From the NCBI RefSeq assembly GCF_001194135.2, contig NC_068999.1:23420604-23456107 (forward strand): a stretch of 35,504 nucleotides of DNA, written 5' to 3'. Below are positions 1 to 10,974 of the stretch, piece by piece. Below the pieces are notes generated by a model. It made no database searches and was not told the DNA's origin. It saw only the letters and a list, made by a program, of their open reading frames with translations. The first letter of the stretch is position 1. Each line of letters opens with the position of its first letter. Position numbers and translations under genes: made by a program. This DNA comes from Octopus bimaculoides (Eukaryota).

Positions 1-224
1 ATTCCATATATTCAATAAGACATTCAATACTTCATTTCATTGTACCATCCATTTTTATATTATATATTATATATTATATATTCCATATTCTATATCCCAC
101 ATTAATTTTACAAGAATATAAATAAAAGATAAAAAACAGACAGAGTTGGAACTCTTTTAAATAAAATAATATATTCCTCTATACACGATCATACAAAACC
201 CCTTTTTTTGTATTTATTTTTACT

Positions 225-245
225 CACACACACACTCACACATAC

Positions 246-306
<61 letters not shown>
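225..306. repeat. Compound (CA)n-(TA)n-(GA)n microsatellite
   Basis: Directly visible dinucleotide runs. Confidence 0.95.
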
Positions 307-497
307 AATAAGAAAATAGAGGGGATCAATAGGTGGTATTCATCAACTTTTAGACATTATATTATGTAAATTTATTTATTTACTAAAAGGACAATTATAA
401 CAATATCCATACATGTATGACATACGCTTTACATATATAATATATAAAATATAAAATATCAGTAATTATTAAAATATAACATATAACAATAGAAATT

Positions 498-640
498 GGG
501 ATAATATCTTACAGTTGTTTCAGCCAAGAGCCAAAAATACCTCATTCTACCTTTATCCCTCCAGTGGACTGAGTAAATGAATTAGTAGATGAAATTGAGG
601 TACTTGGGTGTTTCTCTAGGCTTCGTCAGCGAATTTAGAA
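498..640 (-). ncRNA. Type I hammerhead-ribozyme-like motif with very long helix II (probably decayed, Penelope-type)
   Basis: Minus strand: CUGACGA (629-623), helix II AGCC-U-AGAG / CUCU-U-GGCU closing a long hairpin, GAAAC (521-517), loop AACU, GUA triplet (512-510). Helix I is only partly paired. Confidence 0.6.
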
Positions 641-1155
641 ATTCCATACGGTTAAGTTATAAATATAACTACACACATATATACATACTTTTACATATAC
701 ATAAATATACATAAATAAATATATTTACACTTAAATGTACATACATAAATGCATGTATATGCATACAAATGAATCAATTATTATTATTATTAGATGCATT
801 ATAATATTCATATTAGATAACATATAAACAGAGGTATGAGAAAGTTATAAGAGGAGTAATATTCCCTTAGTTGGTTGGATTCACAACCTCTAACTTTCTT
901 GGGATATATACATACATATANNNNNNNNNNTCGGTAGCTATGATAAAACTCCGAGTTTCGGATGTCGGGGCGGAAACCCAGGCCGCCATTTTTTTCTACA
1001 AATGATTTTAAAATCTGTAAAACTTACATTTAAGTGTATGCGCGCATGTCTAGACATGCAGCTATATGCATGAGAATACATTCATGAAACAAAACATACA
1101 AACCTGCACATGCACTTCAGATACTGTACATATACATACGCACATGCAAAGATAC

Positions 1156-1236
1156 CCTGCTGATGTTGTTGGAATTCCAATGAAGGAGCCTTGGATGCAA
1201 ATTTAAAACCGGTTCTTTCTCTACTGGCAACAAACC
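1156..1236 (-). other. Candidate 81-nt internal exon
   Basis: ttttacttcag|G acceptor and AGG|gtatct donor; two open frames on minus while all three plus frames stop; unique island between microsatellites. No recognisable protein. Confidence 0.25.
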
Positions 1237-1258
1237 CTGAAGTAAAACTGAATAATGA

Positions 1259-1333
1259 CATACATACATACATACATACATACATACATACATACATACA
1301 TGCATGCATACATACATACATACATACATACAT
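1259..1333. repeat. (CATA)n microsatellite
   Basis: Direct read of the sequence. Confidence 0.95.
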
Positions 1334-2179
1334 TAACTCTGATACTCTGATGATTTGGCATGATAATCAATGTGAGCCGTGTGGCTAATGCTAACCCTTA
1401 AGTTTCTTAGCTATTTGTTTGTAACATGAAAGCAGTTATAAGTCACTCGGTTTGGTGGACAAAAGATGAACTCCGCTCGCATGCGTATTTTGTCCTGTTA
1501 AGTACTTTTAGTCTGTGAATGACGATCGAAATGTCACTGATCTCTACCACTACTTGAGTTGAAGGACACCACTGATATCTAATAGCAATGAGAAGCCTTG
1601 ATAAGTGAATGACGTCGGTTTCGTACTTACTGATTATATTCAATAAATACCGTGAAATGGTATAATATATGTCAAGGTGAATTGTCCTAATATCTCTACA
1701 ATGACGTGGAATATTTCAGGTTGATTTTCGTGACGTTCGTCATTCATCATTCTGAATATGATCAGATTAGTAGCTTTACTCTTTGTGTATACTGAGGTGA
1801 CGTATCAGGGCAATGTTGAAATAAAATCCACGATTATAGCAGGGGAACATAATGACAGAATCCAGGCTACAGTGAGATTCTTGAGTGTCTGGAGTTGGGC
1901 ATGCGTGCTACGAGTCCCTTCCACTGCAGTTGCTATTTACTTAAAAATATATACATGCTTAATATATTAGCTCTCTCTAAAACAATAGTATTAGGAATTT
2001 TATCGTGACACTTGGTGCTGAGAATTTATTGCAGAATTTATGTTAGGTGAAAGTGATTGAATATTTTTGTGTATCATTGGTTAACTGTCGAGGTTTCACA
2101 ACCATAAAATTATGTAGTCACCAGAACAGCTTCGTATACAGCAAATTTTGTCTTTATAGTCAAACTAGGTTCTTCCCAG

Positions 2180-3500
2180 AAGAACTCGACATAAGGAAGT
2201 GTTCTTTACCATCGATGAACTGCAAGATGTCCTCAAATCAATCCAGGAAGATGAAACAAGAGGGTTGTAAGCCATCCTGCAGATGTCTGGAAACCGAAAG
2301 AATTCAACAATGTCCTGGAGGCCTACAGTGTTGTATACTAGCAAAGGGCAATATATAGCTGGAGAGAGGATTATATAATTCCAGTACCCAAGAAAGGAGA
2401 TTTGGCTTTTTCTAAAATCTACCATGATATTACTCACATTGCAATTACAGCTAAGATCTTCAGCTTGATGCAACTAAAAAGAATTAGTCGCAAGCTTGAG
2501 AAAATTTTTTGCAAGAATCAGAAAATCATTTGTCCAAATAGATCAACAATAAGACAAATACGAATCAGTGAATATGTGGTGGAGGAGAATATACCAGCTG
2601 TTCTACCTTTTATAACTTTCAGAAAAGACTTCGATACGATTCTTGAAAGAAAAAAGAAGAGATGTTGTTAGTTTATGTCATTCCTGCAGAATCAATGAAT
2701 GCTATAATGATGTTGAATCAAAACACTAGAGCTAAAGTTCATTCTGGTGACGAAGACACTAACTCTTTTCAGATTCCTGCCAGAGTGCTACACGGCAATA
2801 CCCTCGCACCGTACCTTTTTATCATTATACCTCGACTATGTACTAAGGAAAGTACTTGACTCAAAAAACTACGTAGGTTTAACTCTTTTTCAGAAAAGGA
2901 GAAACAGATACTCCGCTTAGAAGATTACAGATGCAAATTTGGCAATAAACAATGATCCGTATGAAAGGTGCCAATATCGTCCAGCACGCTCTGGAGGAGA
3001 AAATGCCCAGGAAATCAAACTAGATATATCATCACTACTAAAACAGAACCAAGATGGAACTGAAAATCAAATAAACTTCTTCAGAGCCGAAGTTGAATCA
3101 ATTTTTGTTCATGGTTCGATAATAGGGACACTTGCAGCTCCTTTGAAGAAAGCGCTGAATGGCACGCGCACGCACACACACAAACACACACACATACTCA
3201 CTCACACATACACACATACACTCACACGCACGCGCACGCAAGCACACACATCGCGCGCGCACACCAGAAGGCTCTACGTCTAAATACCTCACCAAGATAT
3301 TCTACATCTTACAGAGACAATATGGAAGCACAAGCTTTCATACTGTCACTGCTCAGCTAGTATAACAAGGAGGAGCTAGTGGTTAAATTCTTTTGTGACA
3401 AACTTATCGTGGTGAACAAAGAAGAAGACCAGCAGAAGCTATATCAACTATCTAAGATCATGGAGAAGAAAGAGAGATGAAAGATGAAAGACGCACGTCA
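2180..3500 (+). mobile_element. Decayed RTE-clade LINE, reverse transcriptase to C-terminus
   Basis: Frameshifted motifs FFTIDELQDVLKSI, PADVWK, WREDYIIPVPKKGDL, AKIFSLMQLKRI, LPFITFRKDFDTI, VLHGNTLAPYLFIII/LDYVLRK, FFRAEVESIFVHG, all matching the RTE RT layout; many stops. Confidence 0.9.
3163..3262. repeat. Degenerate (CA)/(CG) microsatellite inside the RTE ORF
   Basis: Interrupts KKALNGT...(Y)TRRL coding sequence. Confidence 0.9.
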
Positions 3501-3537
3501 GGAATAACGAGAAATTCTCGATCAACAAACTAATTCA

Positions 3538-3756
3538 CTACATGCATACATACATACAAACATACATACATACATACATACATACAAACAGACAGACAGA
3601 TAGACAGACATAGAAAGATAGATAGACACGTATATACGTACGTACATATATATATATTACATACACACACACACACATATTTATTCATGTATATGCATAC
3701 ATAAACAGGACAGACAGATAGACAGTCATATATATATATATATATATGTGTATATA

Positions 3757-3790
<34 letters not shown>

Positions 3791-3852
3791 CATATATATA
3801 CATATATATGTATATATATATGTATATATATATGTATATATATGTGTATATA

Positions 3853-3884
<32 letters not shown>

Positions 3885-3962
3885 CATATATACACACACA
3901 TATATATACACATATATATACATATGCAAATATATATATACAAATATACATACACATATATG

Positions 3963-3999
<37 letters not shown>

Positions 4000-4020
4000 A
4001 TACATACATACATATACACA
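3538..4020. repeat. Compound (CATA)/(GACA)/(TA)/(TG) microsatellite block
   Basis: Direct read; source of several spurious Y/I/C/V ORFs. Confidence 0.95.
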
Positions 4021-4270
4021 TGAATTAAAGTCGATATTATGCAAAATAGTACTCCCAACGCTTAAGTACACAAATTCTTTTCTCAAACTTTGATACATAC
4101 CAACGCATTCACAGGAAAAATCACGTAAATATACTAAACGTTAAATAAGAAAAATGTTTTGTTCAATGTTATAATTACGGATTAGGAGGCACAATTCGTT
4201 TGAAGGCGTTATTTGCGATTTGTATAGCTATTATTTTCAGCTTTGCTTTTCTCAGTTATTGTACCTTGTT

Positions 4271-4573
4271 GAAGGCGCATGTCTTCGTGGTTAGGGTATT
4301 CGGCTCATAATCGTAACGTTGTGAGTTCGATACCTGGCAGTGCGTTGTGTCCTTGACCAAGATGATTTATTTCTCGTTGTTCCATTTCACTCAGCTGACA
4401 AAAATGAGTTGCCCTGTATTTCAAAGGACCAGCCTTGTCACATTCTGTATCACGCTGAATTTCCTTGAGAACTCTGTTAAGCGTAGCTGTGTCTATGGAG
4501 AGATTAGATGCTTGCACGTTAATTTCACGAGCAAGTTGTTCCGTTGATCGGATCAACTGGAACCCTTGTCGCT
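4271..4573 (+). mobile_element. tRNA-derived SINE (family B); tail appears to resume at about 4835-4860
   Basis: A-box-like CGTGGTTAGGG and B-box GAGTTCGATACC; 3' module CCTGTATTTCAAAGGACCAGCCTTGTCAC...CTTGCACGTTAATTTCA shared with the copy at 16915. Confidence 0.85.
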
Positions 4574-4581
4574 GGAATCCA

Positions 4582-4828
4582 GGTATAAAAGTTACAGGAA
4601 AAAAAGTCACGGAAAAATAGTCACATGTAATGCCATCATATATAAATAGTGTTGTCAATATGTAGAAATCATATGCTGTCAGTTAATAACTGATTTAAAA
4701 TACTTTGTTTTATTACTTTAGTTGTTTGTGGTACTTTAATAAATTGTGACTGACTTGAATATTTTTGTTTGATTACCTGACGTCTTTCCTATACAAAATT
4801 GTGACTTTTTTCTTGTGACTTTATTACC
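4582..4828. mobile_element. MITE with imperfect TIRs inserted in the SINE tail
   Basis: Left GGTATAAAAGTTACAGGAAAAAAAGTCAC versus reverse complement of right end GGTAATAAAGTCACAAGAAAAAAGTCAC; TSD unclear. Confidence 0.55.
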
Positions 4829-4949
4829 AGCCACGCGTCGTTATCACCGATGAAGCGCCATATCTATTTTTTATCGTAACTTGAATAATTTACATTATTT
4901 CATTATTCTAACCCCTGAATCCCTATATGACAAACTAACTCTTTCTAGC

Positions 4950-4951
<2 letters not shown>

Positions 4952-5003
<52 letters not shown>

Positions 5004-5769
5004 NNNNNNNNNNNNNNNNNNNNNNNNNNNNNNNNNNNNNNNNNNNNNNNNNNNNNNNNNNNNNNNNNNNNNNNNNNNNNNNNNNNNNNNNNNNNNNNNN
5101 NNNNNNNNNNNNNNNNNNNNNNNNNNNNNNNNNNNNNNNNNNNNNNNNNNNNNNNNNNNNNNNNNNNNNNNNNNNNNNNNNNNNNNNNNNNNNNNNNNNN
5201 NNNNNNNNNNNNNNNNNNNNNNNNNNNNNNNNNNNNNNNNNNNNNNNNNNNNNNNNNNNNNNNNNNNNNNNNNNNNNNNNNNNNNNNNNNNNNNNNNNNN
5301 NNNNNNNNNNNNNNNNNNNNNNNNNNNNNNNNNNNNNNNNNNNNNNNNNNNNNNNNNNNNNNNNNNNNNNNNNNNNNNNNNNNNNNNNNNNNNNNNNNNN
5401 NNNNNNNNNNNNNNNNNNNNNNNNNNNNNNNNNNNNNNNNNNNNNNNNNNNNNNNNNNNNNNNNNNNNNNNNNNNNNNNNNNNNNNNNNNNNNNNNNNNN
5501 NNNNNNNNNNNNNNNNNNNNNNNNNNNNNNNNNNNNNNNNNNNNNNNNNNNNNNNNNNNNNNNNNNNNNNNNNNNNNNNNNNNNNNNNNNNNNNNNNNNN
5601 NNNNNNNNNNNNNNNNNNNNNNNNNNNNNNNNNNNNNNNNNNNNNNNNNNNNNNNNNNNNNNNNNNNNNNNNNNNNNNNNNNNNNNNNNNNNNNNNNNNN
5701 NNNNNNNNNNNNNNNNNNNNNNNNNNNNNNNNNNNNNNNNNNNNNNNNNNNNNNNNNNNNNNNNNNNNN

Positions 5770-5820
<51 letters not shown>
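4952..5820. repeat. (TG)n and (CA)n microsatellites flanking N gap 5004-5769
   Basis: Direct read. Confidence 0.9.
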
Positions 5821-5823
<3 letters not shown>

Positions 5824-6524
5824 ATGCATATATATGGATGGACCACTGGGATACTATAAACCTTCTAAAATTTCTTAATTTTCAAACCAATAGACATGTT
5901 AGATAAAACAACACAATAAATGTTAATTATTACGCATCGACTTATGTACAAATAATGTTTAATGTTATTCAAAAGAACAGTTTAATTATAAAAGAATAAC
6001 AAAAATCGTCTGAAGAAATCTCTAGGGTTACTGCAACTTTTACTTGTAATTTTGAAATAAAATCCTTTCCTCAAAGAAAAAGAAATTTAAACACGTACAC
6101 AGACATATTTATTTATTGAAAACACTCATACACACACACACCCATCCGCCTACACACGCATGCACACATCATACACAAACACACGCATACACGCACACAC
6201 AGACACACATGCGTATAATGGACATGTACGATTCCCCTCACTCTTATTTATCTAACCAGACGTATCTGAAGACATTGTATTAGGCATGTATAATATGGGT
6301 GTCTGATAGACTTCTTTACAAATATATTTGAACAAGGATGTTATGTAATTTAGGGGAAATTTGTGCAAATATCTGTCTGAACAATTTTTGTTACGTGTTG
6401 GCCTTGTCCGAGTTTCATATAACATTACTTTAATTTCGTTTACTCTTTTTTCCTTTCATTGATTACTTAAGTTCAGGTAAAGCAGGATATTAAATCTAAA
6501 GAACAACTGCTAGATAATACTTAC

Positions 6525-6650
6525 ACCTGTGGCTTTTCTTTGTAGCATATTGTCGCTGGATGCTTGCCTTCATTCGAATTAAGCTGGTCAATGAAGAAAT
6601 ATTTCGTTGACTGCGTGAATTATAACTGAAGCAGACTCGCAAACATTTAA
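6525..6650 (-). other. Candidate 126-nt exon
   Basis: atatttcag| acceptor and |gtaagta donor; open frame KCLRVCFSYNSRSQRNISSLTSLIRMKASIQRQYATKKSHR, phase 1-1, phase-compatible with the 1156-1236 candidate. Confidence 0.25.
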
Positions 6651-6716
6651 CTGAAATATTTATTAAAGATATTTGGTGCTGGCTATTTATAATGAACAAT
6701 ATTAAATAAGTGGCGT

Positions 6717-6930
6717 AAGGCGACGAACTGGAAGAATCGTTAGCACGCGCGACAAAATTCCTGGCGGTGCTTCGTCCGTCTTTACGTTCTGAGTTCAAAT
6801 TTCGCCGTGGTCAACTTTACTTTTCATCCTTTAGGTGTCGATAAATTAAGTACCAGTTGAATATTAGGCTCGATGTAAACGACTTAACCTCTCCAACGAA
6901 ATTGTTGGCCTTGTGCCAAACTTTGACATT
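6717..6930 (+). mobile_element. tRNA-derived SINE (family C), near full length
   Basis: AAGGCGACGAACTGGAAGAATCGTTAGCACG head, GAGTTCAAAT B-box, TTTCATCCTTT..GTCGATAAATTAAGTACCAG body; homologous copies at 10075, 11489 and 30014. Confidence 0.9.
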
Positions 6931-7094
6931 AATATTACTAAGTACCGAATGAGACAGAGAGAAAAATTTCACATAATAATCACAAACACGGCCCTAAATG
7001 ATTATCATGGTTTATAAAAACGGAAAAAAACACAGACACACACATTATACTATGAATACATGTAATAGTACGAATGCTGTCTATTCTTTTGCTA

Positions 7095-8077
7095 CAGTCA
7101 TTCTCAAAATTTTTCATACCCTTGTTAATTTTTGTGATTTTTAAATTTTTGTGATTGTTAAATTTTTGTGATGAAATGAATGCATTTTGTCAAGTTTGTT
7201 TATGCATTATGTGACCAACAAGTGAAAGAATAACAACAATATACAATTCAAGAAATTTAGCATCCATATGGCCAAATAAGGTCATCTGAAGCAAGATCTC
7301 AGCTTTTGGTCAACCATCCAGTGGGGGAAGAAAGGAGAAGGATATAAGGCGAAGAACACTGTTTCCCACCGTCAAGCATGGTGGTGGAAGCATAATACTA
7401 TGGGGATGTTTCTCTTTCAGCGGCACAGGGAACTTTGTCAAAGTCCAAGGGATCATGAGAAAGGAGGATTACATCAAGATTCTTCATGAAAACGTGAAGG
7501 AATCCGTTGAGAAACTTCAATTCGGCCACAACTGGAAGTACCTGCAGGACAACGATCCGAAACATACCATCAAGGTAGTGAAGAAACGGTTCAAGAAAAA
7601 TGATGTCAACATCCTAGAATTGCCAAATCAGAGTTCTGATCTGAATCCGATCGAGAACTTGTGGTGAGACTTGAAGACCAGAGTGATGGCTGGGAAACCG
7701 ACCATCCTGACCTAGCTCGAGGCTTTCAGCAAGGAAGAGTGGGCCAACATCCCACAGGAGAATGCAAGAAGCTTGTGGACATGTACAAGAATCGTCTAGA
7801 AGCAGTCATAAAAAAAGCAAAGGCTATGCTATTGACTATTAAAGGAAGATATTGGGTTCAGTAAACCTAGGGTATGAATAATTTTGAATATGGCACTTTT
7901 TGAAAATCCATGAAAAAAATACCCTGAAATGAAGAATTTCTTGAATTGTGTATTGTTAATCTTTCACTTGTTGGTCACATAACTCATAAACAAACTTGAC
8001 AAAATGCATTCATTTCATCACAAAAATAAAAAAATCACAAAAATTAACAAAGGTCTGGATAATCTTGAGGACGACTG
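7095..8077 (+). mobile_element. Tc1-family DNA transposon (DD34E), internally deleted and inactive
   Basis: TA TSD at 7093-94 and 8078-79; TIRs CAGTCATTCTCAAAAT... / ...CTTGAGGACGACTG extending about 150 bp; transposase remnants PTVKHGGGSIILWGCF, QDNDPKH-(34 aa)-NPIENLW with stops and frameshifts; DNA-binding N-terminus missing. Confidence 0.95.
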
Positions 8078-8148
8078 TAGCAAATTAGTACGTTAAGAAA
8101 ATCTATATTAGAGATGAAATCTGTATTTATACTGAGAAGTGTAATGGT

Positions 8149-8182
8149 AACTTAGAAGTTTCGATCCGGTTGCCTTCTTCAG
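8149..8182 (-). ncRNA. Degenerate minimal hammerhead-like motif
   Basis: CUGAAGA-A-GG..UC-GAAAC-UU-CU-AA-GUU: both core halves and a 4-bp helix III (ACUU/AAGU); helices I and II are poor. Confidence 0.4.
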
Positions 8183-8408
8183 TCAGTCTCATACTGTAGT
8201 TTTCGTTCAAGATAAAANNNNNNNNNNNNNNNNNNNNNNNNNNNNNNNNNNNNNNNNNNNNNNNNNNNNNNNNNNNNNNNNNNNNNNNNNNNNNNNNNNN
8301 NNNNNNNNNNNNNNNNNNNNNNNNNNNNNNNNNNNNNNNNNNNNNNNNNNNNNNNNNNNNNNNNNNNNNNNNNNNNNNNNNNNNNNNNNNNNCTATGCTA
8401 AAAACGCC

Positions 8409-8910
8409 TGATATATCGAAGGAAGACGAAAAATTGTCCAGGCAGCGGCTAGGGAGAATACCAGCTGCACTTCGGCTTTCTTTGGGCTTATCAATAAAGT
8501 GTACTTGTAGCCACATGCCTAAATGAAATATGTCATTTCTGATACATAAGAAACAATGAATAACATGTGCATTGACACTGCCAATAGCCGTTGGGTGAAA
8601 TAAATATTTCTTGTATGCAACTGAAGCAGTAGCAGCTTATCTGTGAACACTGTAGTACATTAAGTGTGATACATAGATTATTATTTCAATTTAATACTGC
8701 TACAATTGCGTACAACAGATTTTTATTCGGTCTGACGACTATTTGCAGTATTAGTGAATGTAATATTCTCTGTTTCTTACGTAGTAGAGGTGAGAAATTT
8801 CGTTTAGGCATGTGGCTGCGTGTACACGTCATTATTAGAGCCCAAGAACGAAATGTATCTGGTGTTTTTGCTTGCCGCTGCCAGGACGATTTTTCGTCAC
8901 TCTTCTTCGA
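8409..8910. repeat. Long inverted repeat (arms about 8409-8535 and 8792-8910)
   Basis: GATATATCGAAG..GACGAAAAATTGTCCAGGCAGCGGC...GCCACATGCCTAAATGAAAT matches the reverse complement of 8792-8910. Confidence 0.85.
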
Positions 8911-9117
8911 TATATATATTGTGTTTCTCTTTTTGTGTCATAATATATCTATAAGAGTTTTTATATCAGACGAAAAGCAAAATAACCTGTCGACGATATG
9001 TGTGCATTAGATATGACTCCTAGATCGTTACTTCACATCTGAAATTTGATAAATAGATCAGATAAGTAATGTTTACAAGTGGATGTGGGAGTGATGAGAA
9101 AAATAGTGAATAAGGAG

Positions 9118-9355
9118 AGAGGGGGGAGAGGGAGGGAGAGAGAGAGAGAGAGAGAGAAGTGCAGAGATAAGATACTAAGTGATATCTGGATTAGTGATTC
9201 AAGAAAGATAAAAATGGAGAAAGAAATGAATGATTAGAGAGAATAACATACATACACGCGCGCGCGCACAAACACACACACATGTATGCACATACGCACA
9301 CGCACACACACGCACACACACAGACATGCACACACACACAGACACAGACACACAG
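9118..9355. repeat. (GA)n and degenerate (CA)n microsatellites
   Basis: Direct read. Confidence 0.85.
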
Positions 9356-10074
9356 GTGAGGAGAAAAGTTTATAAATTAGCATTGTAAAATGTATATATA
9401 CATATAAGATTGCGAACATGAAGAGAAATTAATCTAAAGCCTATTTGTCAAATAGAACTAGTACCTTCATGGAAATAACGAATAAATGGAAGAATTTGTT
9501 TGTTTTTCACAGATTTCACCTGAAATAAATTACTCACAGACAGTTTTAACGTTTTGTGTTAAAGTAAAAGAAAAATAAACGAAAGCGCCACATTTTGATG
9601 TAAAACATTATATTAAAATAAAACTGAACTAATTAAATTGCTCTGTGAATGTATTTCATTTGAAATAGTCATTCTAAAAGGTAATGAAAGATAATGTAGG
9701 GGTGAGGGTGGGGGAATGACCACCTAGATAAAGGGAAGTAACTTGGGTATGATATTTATTAGAAGAGCGAATTCAATTTTTTAAAAGAATACAACACAAG
9801 TATAGATTAAAGAATCAGAAATATTACTCTGACTAGGTCTTTATACCTGGCTGATAAGGCTGTTTTTAATAGGAGCTCTGTGCAATGAATAGTAATAGAA
9901 TAAGGAGTGAATGAGAAGTTCGAAGCAATCGTGAGTTAAATGTATATATATATATATATATATATAGGGAGAATTTTAAAAAAACAACAAAAGACGAAGA
10001 CAGGTGGTGTAGAAAACAAACAGATGTATTAGTATAACGCTTGGGAAGTGGAAAAGTCTTTAACGTTTTATATA

Positions 10075-10156
10075 TTTGGCAGAATTTGAACACCGAACGA
10101 AATACCGCTATGCATTTTATCCGACGTGCTAATAATTCTACCAGCTCACCGCCTTA
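10075..10156 (-). mobile_element. SINE family C 5' fragment
   Basis: Reverse complement TAAGGCGGTGAGCTGGTAGAATTATTAGCACG...GTTCAAATTCTGCC matches heads at 6717 and 30014. Confidence 0.8.
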
Positions 10157-10245
10157 TATTGATATTCACTTTCCTAACTAACGATATATATTACGTATTT
10201 TATGTTGCGTGTACCATTGGTGACGTCCTGTACCCATATATGCAC

Positions 10246-10285
<40 letters not shown>

Positions 10286-10974
10286 NNNNNNNNNNNNNNN
10301 NNNNNNNNNNNNNNNNNNNNNNNNNNNNNNNNNNNNNNNNNNNNNNNNNNNNNNNNNNNNNNNNNNNNNNNNNNNNNNNNNNNNNNNNNNNNNNNNNNNN
10401 NNNNNNNNNNNNNNNNNNNNNNNNNNNNNNNNNNNNNNNNNNNNNNNNNNNNNNNNNNNNNNNNNNNNNNNNNNNNNNNNNNNNNNNNNNNNNNNNNNNN
10501 NNNNNNNNNNNNNNNNNNNNNNNNNNNNNNNNNNNNNNNNNNNNNNNNNNNNNNNNNNNNNNNNNNNNNNNNNNNNNNNNNNNNNNNNNNNNNNNNNNNN
10601 NNNNNNNNNNNNNNNNNNNNNNNNNNNNNNNNNNNNNNNNNNNNNNNNNNNNNNNNNNNNNNNNNNNNNNNNNNNNNNNNNNNNNNNNNNNNNNNNNNNN
10701 NNNNNNNNNNNNNNNNNNNNNNNNNNNNNNNNNNNNNNNNNNNNNNNNNNNNNNNNNNNNNNNNNNNNNNNNNNNNNNNNNNNNNNNNNNNNNNNNNNNN
10801 NNNNNNNNNNNNNNNNNNNNNNNNNNNNNNNNNNNNNNNNNNNNNNNNNNNNNNNNNNNNNNNNNNNNNNNNNNNNNNNNNNNNNNNNNNNNNNNNNNNN
10901 NNNNNNNNNNNNNNNNNNNNNNNNNNNNNNNNNNNNNNNNNNNNNNNNNNNNNNNNNNNNNNNNNNNNNNNNNN

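Noticed and set aside
1387-2050. Possible LINE endonuclease remnants
   Set aside because: No convincing APE motifs in any frame.
3530-5906. Long ORFs rich in Y/I/C/V/T/H and ORFs running through X
   Set aside because: Translations of microsatellites and N gaps; the same applies to ORFs at 10126-11354 (except the GIY-YIG part), 15321-15817, 17139-17775, 19794-20417, 31368-31955 and 33335-34781.
9995-10069. Possible PLE terminal fragment starting AAACGTT on the minus strand
   Set aside because: Truncated by the adjacent SINE head before any CUGANGA or helix II; cannot be supported from this window alone.
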